A stretch of DNA of 64,000 bases from Candidatus Helarchaeota archaeon. GTDB taxonomy: Archaea; Asgardarchaeota; Lokiarchaeia; Helarchaeales; RDOG01. Below, one piece after another: positions 9,985 to 19,671 of the stretch. The notes below the pieces were generated by a model, which saw only the letters and a list, made by a program, of their open reading frames with translations, was not told the DNA's origin and searched no databases. The translations under genes were made by a program, and so were the position numbers. How positions within the stretch are numbered: the first letter of the stretch is position 1; every line of letters starts with the position of its first letter. The stretch covers positions 256,001 to 320,000 of the forward strand of contig JAHPZH010000002.1 in the NCBI GenBank assembly GCA_019058315.1, written 5' to 3'.

Positions 9985-10614
9985 TCAAAATCCGTATTTA
10001 AGATTTGTATTATAAATGTGATCAACATGCATTTCTGTAATGCTAAATTCATTTTTTCCCATAATACCTTGGAATAACTTGCCCTCAATCAATAATTTAT
10101 CTCCGTTTCTTATGAATATATTGGTATGTATTTGTGAACAAACCAAGAATTCATTTGGAATACCTTCAATTTCTTGATCTAATTTAATGCTAAATACTAA
10201 AGGAGGTTGTGCGGATATATAAAGTTTTACATCTGAAGTTGCAGTTCCTGAGAGCTTACCTTTAAAGACCTCTTTTCTTTTTATTTTTAAACCTTTTCCA
10301 TGTTTAAGTGTTGTATTATAAACATAATTAGCCTTCATTCTTATTCTTTCAAGTCTTTCTCTAGGCTCTAAATATTTCAATAATGTACCTCCTATTGTTA
10401 CAATATCTCCTTTTCTTACGAAAAATGGACTTTTAGGATAATTAAATAGTGATTGTCTTGAGTGAAAAGAAACTATAAATTCCTTTGGAAGTCCTTCAAA
10501 CTCTTCATTTAATTTAATGGTAAAACCATAACTTATAAAAGCTCCTGATTTCGAATCTAAAGTAGCAGTTCCAGATAAAACTCCTTTAAATAATTCTTTT
10601 TTCCCGATTTTCAA
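9985..10614 (-). CDS. OB-fold-like paralog family member, two tandem domains
   Basis: Same motif twice; TTG start. Confidence 0.7.
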   Translation of the reverse strand: MKIGKKELFKGVLSGTATLDSKSGAFISYGFTIKLNEEFEGLPKEFIVSFHSRQSLFNYPKSPFFVRKGDIVTIGGTLLKYLEPRERLERIRMKANYVYNTTLKHGKGLKIKRKEVFKGKLSGTATSDVKLYISAQPPLVFSIKLDQEIEGIPNEFLVCSQIHTNIFIRNGDKLLIEGKLFQGIMGKNEFSITEMHVDHIYNTNLKYGF

Positions 10615-10769
10615 AACCCCATATATAAGTTCTTTTAATTAATTATCACAAATAATTGATAATTATTAAAGGAACTAAGTTTTGATATAAAAGTATTATT
10701 TTATAGGAAATTTTATGTATATGTATAAAAAAGTAAGTTATATTCAAGATTACTGTAAAGGGATAAAAA

Positions 10770-11909
10770 ATGAGTGAAAAATGGTTATTTGAAGCTAATA
10801 AAGACGAACCTGTAAAATATTTGGCACATATAAATGCACTTGTAGGAAATATGACAAGCACTTTAGGAAAAAATCCTGACTCACCTGGTTTAATTGCGAT
10901 TGAAGGGTTTAAAGGACATGCAATAAGTCTAGGTTATTTTCAAGATCTGGATACCGAAATTCATTATGATAAATGCAAAGCTGCAGGCATCTTAGTAGGG
11001 CGTAGGTCCGGTGTTGGTGGAGGTACTATCTTTGTGGACCGATCTAGCATGGCTATGGCAATGGTTGCCGACCAAAATAAAGAAATTGTTAATAATACCT
11101 TTCCTGACATGGATTCTGCATTTCATAAAGTGGGTGCTGTTATAAAAAATGCATATGAAATTCTTGGAGTAAAGGATCCTTGGTATAAACATATTGGAGA
11201 TATTAAAATCGGAAAAGGAAGTAATGAACGGAAAATCACAGGATTTGGGTTTGTAAATTTCGGAAATCTTTTAATTTGTAATTGTATTCTTTCAATTGGA
11301 GAGATGGATATCGATAAATTTATAGACTGTGCAAATATTCCTCCAGAAAAAATTAAAGATAAAAATTTTACTCAAATTGCAGATTATTTAAAGGGAGGAA
11401 TAACAAGCATTGAAAGAGAAACCGGTTATTGTCCAACATTTGAAGAAGTTAAAGATGCATTCTACAATTCTTTTAAGAAAGTGCTAAATTTTGATTTTGA
11501 AATACATGAACGGACAGAAAAAGATATTCGAAAAATTGAAAAATCTATTACACGTGATGAACGCAAACATGGAGAAGACTTCCTATTTGAATTTTCTAGT
11601 AAGAAAAAATTTGTAAATATTCCCAATGAGTGGAAGGTTAACTTTGGAAGATACAAATCACGAAAATTACTGGTTGCCCATATAATTACTAACCAAGAAA
11701 TCATAGAAGATGTAATGTTTTCAGGAGATTTTTATTGTAAACCTACTGCATACTTATTTGAATTAGAGAGATCTTTAAAGGGACTGAATTATAAAGATCA
11801 CAAATCTATCGAAAACAAGATAAAAGAGATATTTAATCGCGAAGATTGGGAAATGCCCGAAGTTATTACGGAAGATTTTTTAGAAGTAATTAAAACAGCA
11901 ATAAAATAA
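10770..11909 (+). CDS. lplA: Lipoate-protein ligase A family protein
   Basis: SLGYFQ, RRSGVGGGTIFVD, RKITG, C-terminal SGDF...LE..LKG domain. Confidence 0.8.
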   Translation: MSEKWLFEANKDEPVKYLAHINALVGNMTSTLGKNPDSPGLIAIEGFKGHAISLGYFQDLDTEIHYDKCKAAGILVGRRSGVGGGTIFVDRSSMAMAMVADQNKEIVNNTFPDMDSAFHKVGAVIKNAYEILGVKDPWYKHIGDIKIGKGSNERKITGFGFVNFGNLLICNCILSIGEMDIDKFIDCANIPPEKIKDKNFTQIADYLKGGITSIERETGYCPTFEEVKDAFYNSFKKVLNFDFEIHERTEKDIRKIEKSITRDERKHGEDFLFEFSSKKKFVNIPNEWKVNFGRYKSRKLLVAHIITNQEIIEDVMFSGDFYCKPTAYLFELERSLKGLNYKDHKSIENKIKEIFNREDWEMPEVITEDFLEVIKTAIK

Positions 11910-11920
11910 TTACCAAATAC

Positions 11921-11997
11921 TTATGTATTCCTGAAAAATAGGAAATTAGACACCATAATTCCTGAGAAAACTCCTTTATACAATTCTATTTTGTTAT
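11921..11997 (-). pseudogene. 5' remnant of an OB-fold-like paralog
   Basis: After the TGA-ATCTA junction it reads KIELYKGVFSGIMVSN (cf. KVELFKGVLSGTTTSN); ATG changed to ATA, 1-nt deletion, early stop. Confidence 0.65.
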
Positions 11998-12002
11998 TAG
12001 AT

Positions 12003-12632
12003 TCAAATTCCGGATTTAAGAGTTATATTATATACATGTTTCGCTTCCATTTCCATTATATATAAGTCAGTTTTTCCCATGGTACCCCGGAACAATGTAC
12101 CTTCAATTAATAATTTATCTCCGTTTTTTATGAATAGATATGAAATATGTGGTGTAAACACCAAAAATATATTTGGAATTCCTTCAATTTCTAGATCTAA
12201 TTTAATGCTAAATACAAAGTTAACTTTACGCATACCAATATATTTTAGATCTGAAGTTGCAGTTCCTGAAAGTTTACCCTTAAAAACTTCTTTTTTCTTA
12301 ATTTTTAAACCTAATCCATTTTTAAGTGTTCGATTATAAATATAATTAGCTTTCATAAATATATTTTCGATTTGTTCTTTACCCCTGAAGTACTGGTTTA
12401 ATGTACCTCCAATTGTTACAATATCTCCTTTTCTTAAGAGAAATGGTTTGACACGACCTGCATTCCTATCAAAATTTGATGAATATTTAACAAAAAATTC
12501 CTTTGGAAGCCCTTCAATCTCTTCATTTAATCTAATAGTAAAACTATAAGCATAAGGATCAATAATTACCAAATCTGAAGTAACTGTTCCAGATAATACT
12601 CCTTTAAATAGCTGTTTTTCTCGGATTTTTAA
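12003..12632 (-). CDS. OB-fold-like paralog, two domains; homologous start codon mutated (possible pseudogene)
   Basis: Homology extends upstream of the ORF call (LKIREKQLFKGVLSGT). Position 12632 is TTA where the 9985-10614 paralog has TTG; both span 630 nt. Confidence 0.65.
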   Translation of the reverse strand, partial: LKIREKQLFKGVLSGTVTSDLVIIDPYAYSFTIRLNEEIEGLPKEFFVKYSSNFDRNAGRVKPFLLRKGDIVTIGGTLNQYFRGKEQIENIFMKANYIYNRTLKNGLGLKIKKKEVFKGKLSGTATSDLKYIGMRKVNFVFSIKLDLEIEGIPNIFLVFTPHISYLFIKNGDKLLIEGTLFRGTMGKTDLYIMEMEAKHVYNITLKSGI

Positions 12633-12802
12633 AACCCCACTTTCAAAATTTGTTGTATTAAAAAATTTTGTGTAATTTATGTTATAAATAATAATATAAA
12701 ATAATTAGCAAATAGGTCCACAAATCATAATCATTTTAACAAATTTAATGAAAAGAATTAAAGGAATGAATTTATTTTCAAGAATAATACTTGAAAGGAA
12801 TA

Positions 12803-12862
12803 ATGCACGAGAAGTGGCTATTCGAAGTTAATAAAAACGAATCTATAAGTCATTTAATATAA
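12803..12862 (+). pseudogene. 5' remnant duplicate of lplA
   Basis: MHEKWLFEVNKNESISHLI* versus LplA MSEKWLFEANKDEPVKYLAH; upstream DNA is also similar. Confidence 0.7.
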
Positions 12863-12867
12863 AGTAA

Positions 12868-14172
12868 TCACCAAATACTAATATGTTCCTGACATATTGG
12901 ACATTTCTGAGAGTGCTTTACATATTCTTTCCAACAACATTTATGAAAAATTCTTTTACAATGTGTGCACCTTATTTGACATTCAAATTCCCCTTGAACT
13001 CCGGGAATTGTTCCTGATACATTTTTTTGACAATAAGGACAGACTAAATTCTTACAAATACTGCATACAAATTGAGAGGTATCTGCCATACTATCTCTTA
13101 ATTTATTAAAAAATTCAGCTAAATTAGAGGCAGGAAACCATTCTATAATGAAATCATTAATTGCAGTCTGAAATTTTTCTGAAAGTTGTTGATCTTGGGG
13201 TAAAGTTACTAGGTTTATGGCTGGGGGGGAAGAAGGGTAGTTATTTGGAATTTGGATATCGAATTTGTATTTTTTAGGATTTGTTTTAGATTCTGTAAGA
13301 GAAACATGTATCATATTATTAACTGAATCAAAAATTGCATCCAAATCTTTTTGTTTTAAAAGTTTTAACTCTAAATTTATTCTTAATTTCCTATCTAAAA
13401 TTGCTGAAATTTCTCTTAGTATATGAACTACATGACTGCTACTTGGATTCCAAGATCTTATTGATTTTAAACTATCTAAAAAAATGAATTTTTCCATTTT
13501 TTGTGAAGGAATAATTTTTGGGAGTTGGGGAAACTCTTTCAAGTCAACTTCAAGGTCAAATTGTTCAGCATCCAAACTATAAATATGAATTTTTAATTTG
13601 GTTGATAATTCTGTGGGTTGTTCAACATCAAACTCCTGATAAAGACTTTGAACTTCTTCATCTAATCTTGATTTTCCCATAATTTCTTCTTCAATTGTTC
13701 GAAGAATTTCAACTAGATGAGCTGGAGGTTGTTGAGGAAAATTCTTAATTAAGGCAATTGAATCTGGTGGTCCGAGGAGCTCTATCAGTTCTTGAGGAAA
13801 TGAAATTTCAATTCGTTTTGGATAATCTTGGCATTTAAGTCCTACTGGATAATAAAAACCAATTGAAGAATAAAAATCCACTTTGATATCAGTAACATTT
13901 TCAGGATTTAATTCAACTTGAAAATTATCAATAACTGATTCTATCTCCTTTTTTAGAATTTTTTGCTGTTCTGACAAATCATTTTCTATCGAAGTAATTT
14001 GATTTGATATTTCTTTATTTCTATTTTCTATTTCTTCTATTTTAGCTGTATATTGAGATAAATTAATTTTTCCTGAATTGAAATCACTTTTCAATTCCAG
14101 GTTCTTTAATTTATTTTTCTCAATCTCCTCCTCTAATGTGAAGATTAAATCTAAAATTTTAAAAGAATTCAT
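12868..14172 (-). CDS. Coiled-coil + three RWD/UEV-like domains + RING finger (putative E3 ligase)
   Basis: DYPKRI, EFPQLPKI and NYPSSPPAI motifs, each followed by W/F.P..HL..I helices; C-terminal C..C...FH..CW...CPIC. Confidence 0.7.
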   Translation of the reverse strand: MNSFKILDLIFTLEEEIEKNKLKNLELKSDFNSGKINLSQYTAKIEEIENRNKEISNQITSIENDLSEQQKILKKEIESVIDNFQVELNPENVTDIKVDFYSSIGFYYPVGLKCQDYPKRIEISFPQELIELLGPPDSIALIKNFPQQPPAHLVEILRTIEEEIMGKSRLDEEVQSLYQEFDVEQPTELSTKLKIHIYSLDAEQFDLEVDLKEFPQLPKIIPSQKMEKFIFLDSLKSIRSWNPSSSHVVHILREISAILDRKLRINLELKLLKQKDLDAIFDSVNNMIHVSLTESKTNPKKYKFDIQIPNNYPSSPPAINLVTLPQDQQLSEKFQTAINDFIIEWFPASNLAEFFNKLRDSMADTSQFVCSICKNLVCPYCQKNVSGTIPGVQGEFECQIRCTHCKRIFHKCCWKEYVKHSQKCPICQEHISIW

Positions 14173-14219
14173 GGAATTAATAATCCTAAAAATCTATATA
14201 TGTTTTAAAAAACTATTAA

Positions 14220-14501
14220 TTACGAAATTTTTTGCTCTCTTAATGCTTTTCCTAATGTTTTTCCCCACTTTTCCGCTAAGTCTGCCATTATACCATCTAT
14301 TGGGTCTTGAATTATATCATATCCCCTTAATTCTTCAAGAAAGTTCCATAATCGTAATTTAGTTGTTTTTTTTCGGAGATCTTTTCTCGGAAATCTCTTT
14401 AAAAAACCATCAATTTTGCCTTTAATTTCAGGATCTAATCCGGTCTTTTTACTTAATTCCATAAAATTTTGAATGATTGTACGCGAATTCATTTTGCTCA
14501 C
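14220..14501 (-). CDS. Hypothetical helical protein
   Basis: 93-aa ORF with 4-nt ATGA overlap to the roadblock gene. Confidence 0.65.
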   Translation of the reverse strand: MSKMNSRTIIQNFMELSKKTGLDPEIKGKIDGFLKRFPRKDLRKKTTKLRLWNFLEELRGYDIIQDPIDGIMADLAEKWGKTLGKALREQKIS

Positions 14502-14947
14502 ATCGTAGGAATTTTTAAATCTGAAAAATCTACATCTTTTTTCATTGGTTGTTTTGGACTTAAAGGTAATTTAGCGATCTCTGCAGCTGCTTGATTTAAG
14601 GCTAAGAGAGTAATTCCTAAGGATGCACCAGCTGGCAAATTTACTAAAATCAGTGCACTGTCTCCTGCACTTTTGACAATCATTTGTCCATTTTCAGAAT
14701 CGATTAACATTTTGGATAAAGTTCCATGTTCATAAATATCTGTAGATCTTGTGGCTAAAGCAAGGATACTGGCTCCTAACCCAGCAGCCACAATTTCAGT
14801 CTCATTATCTAGGGGTTTATTTGTTTCTTTATCAAATGAAGTTATTGGGAGTCCATTTTTATCAATTATTACCGCAGATTTTATAGCAGTAGTCTCAAGC
14901 ATCTTCTTTAGGATATCATGCAGTTGAATCTCAATTTTTTTCGACAT
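14498..14947 (-). CDS. Roadblock/LC7 domain protein
   Basis: SAVIIDKNGLPI, AAGLGASILALA, GQMIVKSAG, SLGITLL. Confidence 0.85.
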   Translation of the reverse strand: MSKKIEIQLHDILKKMLETTAIKSAVIIDKNGLPITSFDKETNKPLDNETEIVAAGLGASILALATRSTDIYEHGTLSKMLIDSENGQMIVKSAGDSALILVNLPAGASLGITLLALNQAAAEIAKLPLSPKQPMKKDVDFSDLKIPTM

Positions 14948-15188
14948 TAGTGATTTCCGTCCATAACACTAATAAGAAATAATGATGTTTGGATTATTTT
15001 CTTATATTTCATAATATTTTAAATTATTTTTCCCTATCTGGATAATATCTAAACATTATCATAAATATAAAATGGTGACAAAAAGAAGAATTTTATAAGA
15101 TCAAAATTATATTTATGTTCTTATTTGAAATAAGTAAAAGGAATTTTCAGAAATTTTTGAAGATTCACAATAACTATGAGGAAACCAG

Positions 15189-16241
15189 ATGTCTAATCTT
15201 AAAGATTACATTAAGCTACTAAGACCGCAACAACAATATAAGAATGCTCTAATTTTTTTGGGACCTATTTTTGGTTTAAACTTTCTAAATTTAGATGTTT
15301 TATGGAAACTTTTAAATTTTCAATTATTTGGTCCCTTAATTTTCAGAGTCACTCCTTATGAGTCGTTATTTAATATAAATTTATACATAACTCTAATTAT
15401 TGGATTTTTTTGTTTATGTGGTGTTTCAGCAGCTAACTACATAATTAATGACATTATTGATATGGAAAAGGATAAAATACATGAAGATAAAAAAGAAAGG
15501 CCACTTCCCTCGGGTGCTGTTTCTGTTAGGTCAGCGAAAATTCTATGCGTCATACTTCTAATTGGAAGTATCGGTTCCGCATTTTATTTTAATCCCTATT
15601 TTTTGTTCGACCATCCAGTTTTCGGATATCTAATATTCCCTGATATAATTTTTGGATTTCCTTGGTCAGGGGTTATGGTTATATTAGTCTTCTTAACAGG
15701 TCTTCTTTATAACCTTAAATTGAAAAAAATCGCATTTGCAGATGTGATAACTATATCTGTCAATTATGTTTGGCGTGCGATTACCGGTTGCTTTTTAGCA
15801 TTAATAAATATCTCTGCATGGTTAATTATAATAATATTCTTAGCCGCTTTGTTTATTTCTCTTTGTAAAAGAAAAGCAGACTTAGATCTCCTACAAGAGG
15901 ATGCTCAAAAACATAAAGCAATATATGAATATTATTCTCCAACTTTAATTGAAAATTATATTGTGATAAGCGGCACAAGCTTTCTGCTTGTATACCTTTT
16001 ATACACAATCCAAAAAGAAACTTATTTTGGGGTAGGATGGCTATCAATTACGTTGCCATTTGCATTTTTCTTTATTATGAGATATATGTATCTTGTGTAT
16101 TCTAAAACAGCTATTCCTAGAAAATTTCAAAAAGTCTTTTTCGACAGACAGACACTATATAATTTTATATGTTGGGGAAGTATTGTGTTTGTTGTTTTAT
16201 ATTACTCTCAAATATGTTTTTTCTTGAGTCTGATATTTTAA
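15189..16241 (+). CDS. UbiA-family prenyltransferase (decaprenyl-phosphate phosphoribosyltransferase-like)
   Basis: LLRPQQQYKN, YIINDIID.EKD..H..K..RPLPSG, CKRK.DL; multi-TM. Confidence 0.82.
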   Translation: MSNLKDYIKLLRPQQQYKNALIFLGPIFGLNFLNLDVLWKLLNFQLFGPLIFRVTPYESLFNINLYITLIIGFFCLCGVSAANYIINDIIDMEKDKIHEDKKERPLPSGAVSVRSAKILCVILLIGSIGSAFYFNPYFLFDHPVFGYLIFPDIIFGFPWSGVMVILVFLTGLLYNLKLKKIAFADVITISVNYVWRAITGCFLALINISAWLIIIIFLAALFISLCKRKADLDLLQEDAQKHKAIYEYYSPTLIENYIVISGTSFLLVYLLYTIQKETYFGVGWLSITLPFAFFFIMRYMYLVYSKTAIPRKFQKVFFDRQTLYNFICWGSIVFVVLYYSQICFFLSLIF

Positions 16242-16268
16242 AAAAGAAAAAATAAATTTTTATTCTTC

Positions 16269-17732
16269 TTATCCCTTAGTAACTCCAATCGGTACCATTC
16301 TAACTAATTTTTTTGCTATTTCTAGTTTATCACTGACTTTAGCGACTAAATCAATATCTTTATAAGCTTTTGGAGCTTCTTCGCTTATAATTTTCATAGA
16401 TGCAGCTTTTACATATGTTCCTCTTTTTTGAAGTTCTTTTTTTATAGTCTCTCCCCAAAATTTTCGCTTAGCAGCAGAACGTGATAAAACTCTACCTGCA
16501 CCATGTGCTGTTGATCCAAAGGATAGTTCCATAGATCTTTTTCCGCCAAGTAATAAATAAGATGCTGTTCCCATACTTCCAGGAAGTAGTACAGGTTGCC
16601 CTATCTCCTTATATGCGACACTTAATGCTGGATGAAAAGGAGGAAATGCTCGTGTTGCACCTTTACGATGAACACAAAATGTTTTCTTTTCACCATTAAT
16701 TTCATGTTCTTCTATTTTGGCAATATTATGTGCTACATCGTATATAAGATTTAAATCTAAATCTTCAGCAGATGTATTAAATATTCTTTCAAAGCTGTTC
16801 CTGACCCAATGCATAATCATCTGTCTATTTGCCCAAGCAAAATTTGCAGCACAAGCCATTGCTTTTAAATATCGTTGACCCTCTGCACTAGAAACTGGTG
16901 CACAAGCTAATTCTCTGTCTGGTAATTTTATATTATATTTATGCATTGCTCGCTCCATTTCCCTCAAATAATCTGTGCATATTTGATGTCCAAAACCTCG
17001 ACTTCCAGTATGTATCATGACTAGAATTTGTCCTGGTTCAATTATTTTCAATCTTTTTGCTAGTGCTTCATCATATATTTTATCAACTTTTTGAATCTCT
17101 AAAAAATGATTTCCAGATCCTAAACTACCTAATTGGGGAATACCTCTTTCTTTTGCTCTATCTGAAATAGTATGTGCATCAGCTCCGGCCAATTTACCTC
17201 CTTCTTCGGCATGTTTTAAATCTTCAGGCCATCCATAACCATTTTCTACAGCCCATTCCATACCATTTTCTGCAGCTTGATCCAATTCATTTCTAGTTAA
17301 ACGAATTTTTCCTTTGGATCCCAATCCAGAGGGAACGTTTCTAAAAAGTGAATCTATTAATTCCTTTAATCTTTTAATATCCTTTTGAAAAAGATTAGTT
17401 CTAACTAATCGTACTCCACAATTTATATCATATCCAACTCCACCTGGAGAAACTACTCCTTCCTCCACATCTACAGCTGCAACTCCGCCTATAGGAAAAC
17501 CATAACCTTGATGTGCATCAGGAAGAATAGCGGAAAACTTTGTAATGCCAGGTAGAAAAGTAATATTAGACGCTTGCTGGAGTGTTCGATCCCTTTTCAT
17601 AGCTTCCAGCAATTGCTCATTACAATAAACTCTTGCAGGAACTTTCATTCCCTGCTTAAATTTTGGGGAAATTTCATATACATATTCCTCCAATTTTTTG
17701 ATCGGAATGTTTGAACTGTCTATCTTTGACAT
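16269..17732 (-). CDS. rtcB: tRNA-splicing ligase RtcB
   Basis: LPDAHQGYGFPIGGV, GYDINCGVR, GSGNHFLE, HTGSRG, HRKGATR, HGAGR. Confidence 0.97.
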   Translation of the reverse strand: MSKIDSSNIPIKKLEEYVYEISPKFKQGMKVPARVYCNEQLLEAMKRDRTLQQASNITFLPGITKFSAILPDAHQGYGFPIGGVAAVDVEEGVVSPGGVGYDINCGVRLVRTNLFQKDIKRLKELIDSLFRNVPSGLGSKGKIRLTRNELDQAAENGMEWAVENGYGWPEDLKHAEEGGKLAGADAHTISDRAKERGIPQLGSLGSGNHFLEIQKVDKIYDEALAKRLKIIEPGQILVMIHTGSRGFGHQICTDYLREMERAMHKYNIKLPDRELACAPVSSAEGQRYLKAMACAANFAWANRQMIMHWVRNSFERIFNTSAEDLDLNLIYDVAHNIAKIEEHEINGEKKTFCVHRKGATRAFPPFHPALSVAYKEIGQPVLLPGSMGTASYLLLGGKRSMELSFGSTAHGAGRVLSRSAAKRKFWGETIKKELQKRGTYVKAASMKIISEEAPKAYKDIDLVAKVSDKLEIAKKLVRMVPIGVTKG

Positions 17733-17919
17733 ATTATTTTACCTCAAATATATTATGAAACTATAATTTTCAAACAATCATAATTAATAGAATTCTAAAA
17801 ACTAGGATATGTTACATTTGAAAATTAAATAGCTTTAATTACTACATTATTTCAATTTATAAAATTGAATTAGTTTATTTAAGAATTTTGTTTTTAAGTC
17901 TAATTTACTAATAAATTCT

Positions 17920-18348
17920 CTAGATATCCAATACAAACCTTAAAATTACATTATCAGATAATATTTTAATTTCCATTAAGCTATAAGTTGGTGCTTTTAT
18001 TTCTGTTTTTGATTCATGCTTTTGGGGATCAAATTCTTCACCCCATAATTCCCCAAATAATTCAATTTTCCCATTTATCGATTCTAATTTTAGTATTTTA
18101 ATTTTAGAAAAAATAAGATTTTTTGAATCAAAAATATAAATTAATTCTCCAAGCCAATCAAAAAGTAAAGCTTCTGTATCTTCAGCCTCTAATCTAATTT
18201 CATGTTTAATAATTGGCTCTATTTTTTGAATATTAGTCATCGTCTCAAATACTGCTTTACCCGCCTCTTCAAAGGCTTCGGTCAAATTTCTGGCTTGAAC
18301 TTCAATATAAACATCGCTTATATGCTCAAGAAACTTAAAACTTCCCAT
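17920..18348 (-). CDS. Archease
   Basis: FLEHISDV, EIKAPTY, FVLDI C-terminus; adjacent to rtcB. Confidence 0.93.
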   Translation of the reverse strand: MGSFKFLEHISDVYIEVQARNLTEAFEEAGKAVFETMTNIQKIEPIIKHEIRLEAEDTEALLFDWLGELIYIFDSKNLIFSKIKILKLESINGKIELFGELWGEEFDPQKHESKTEIKAPTYSLMEIKILSDNVILRFVLDI

Positions 18349-18516
18349 CTTAAGTCAGTTCGAAATTAATCTATTATAATATTATTGTTTTGCATTAAAA
18401 AATCAATTTAAAATAAATCTTTTTTAAATATTGTTATAAGGATAATTCAATTTGTTAAATTAAAATTATTTAATATTCATTCTATTACTAATTATTACTA
18501 AAAGTCTAGAAAGAGA

Positions 18517-19344
18517 GTGGACAAGATTCTTCAAGAGTTTTGGATTGTTGAAAAAAAATCAGGAAGATGCATGTTTAATAAAAGTTATGCTAGTGTTTCG
18601 ACAGATCCAGACCTTTTGACAAGCTTTTTAAGTGCACTTTACCGATTCTCAGAGGAGGTATCTACAAAACAGCAAGGCATCGAAAGTGTTGAAATGGGGG
18701 GTTTAAAATGGGTCTATATCGATAAAGATAATCTATTATATATCGCAGCAGCAGATAAAACTGACAAAACTTCCAATCTTCGGTCTCAAGTAAATGTAAT
18801 TAGGATAAATTTTACAGACAAATTTCCAGAATGTAAGGATGATGAATTTAGTGAAAAATGGGATGGAAATATTACTAAATTCGAAGTATTTTCTGATAAA
18901 GTAGATGAATTAAAAGATCATTGGAAAAAACTTGAGAAAGTTACCGATGCGGCAGAAATGATGGATATTTTAGAGGTATATCAACATATATTTAATAGCT
19001 TATCTAAAATAATCCATACAATAAAAAAAGGTAGGGAACAACTTGATGAAAAGATGATACATTTAAAAGAGGTGTTACCAAAATCTTTTCAAAATGCTGT
19101 TTATTCAGATAGCGGATGGGATATCTTAACAATAAATGTCTTTCAACAAGATATTAATGAAGAAGAGCTTAGAACAAGTTTAATTTCTATGCTACAGTAT
19201 TATATAGATATTTTACGAGAAATATTTAAAGATAAAATGCCTGAAATAATAAGAACTCTTATATTTCCTTATATACGTTCTGATTGGAAGAGAATTTCAA
19301 ATTTAAAACTAGATAAGATGTTTATTGACCTATTTTTAACTTGA
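18517..19344 (+). CDS. Longin-like N-terminal domain protein
   Basis: WIVEKKSGRCMF...DPDLLTSFLSALYRFSEEV...IESVEMG, typical of Asgard longin-like domains. Confidence 0.65.
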   Translation: MDKILQEFWIVEKKSGRCMFNKSYASVSTDPDLLTSFLSALYRFSEEVSTKQQGIESVEMGGLKWVYIDKDNLLYIAAADKTDKTSNLRSQVNVIRINFTDKFPECKDDEFSEKWDGNITKFEVFSDKVDELKDHWKKLEKVTDAAEMMDILEVYQHIFNSLSKIIHTIKKGREQLDEKMIHLKEVLPKSFQNAVYSDSGWDILTINVFQQDINEEELRTSLISMLQYYIDILREIFKDKMPEIIRTLIFPYIRSDWKRISNLKLDKMFIDLFLT

Positions 19345-19497
19345 GAAATTTTTTTCTTTGTTCAAATTAAACGAATCATCTTCGATATTTTTATTCGACA
19401 GATTATTATATTTTGGTAGACTCTTTTCATTGAATTTGGACAAATCTATAGGTAATATAAATAGAGATTTATTTTTTATATCTATTAAATAAAACTA

Positions 19498-19595
19498 GCC
19501 GGGATAGCCAAGTGGTTTACGGCGCGGGCCTTGAGTTTTTTAAGAAAGTCCGTGCTCTACGGAGCGCGAGGGTTCAAATCCCTCTCCCGGCGCCA
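19498..19595 (+). tRNA. tRNA-Ser(UGA) with 11-nt intron at 37/38 (19536-19546), CCA encoded
   Basis: GCCGGGA/TCCCGGC acceptor, G discriminator, CGGGC/GTCCG anticodon stem, TGA at 19532-19534, long variable arm, GGTTCAAATCC. Confidence 0.92.
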
Positions 19596-19671
19596 ATATA
19601 ATCAATAAAATGATATAATATTCTCCAAATGGATACATTTTTCAAGCAAAAATTAATTTAAATTTGAATTA

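Noticed and set aside
8430-12632. Diversity-generating retroelement targets
   Set aside because: No reverse transcriptase or template repeat seen; variation includes indels and is not evidently adenine-specific
19498-19595. tRNA-Sec or suppressor tRNA
   Set aside because: Anticodon is TGA (Ser), not TCA; normal 7-bp acceptor stem and G discriminator
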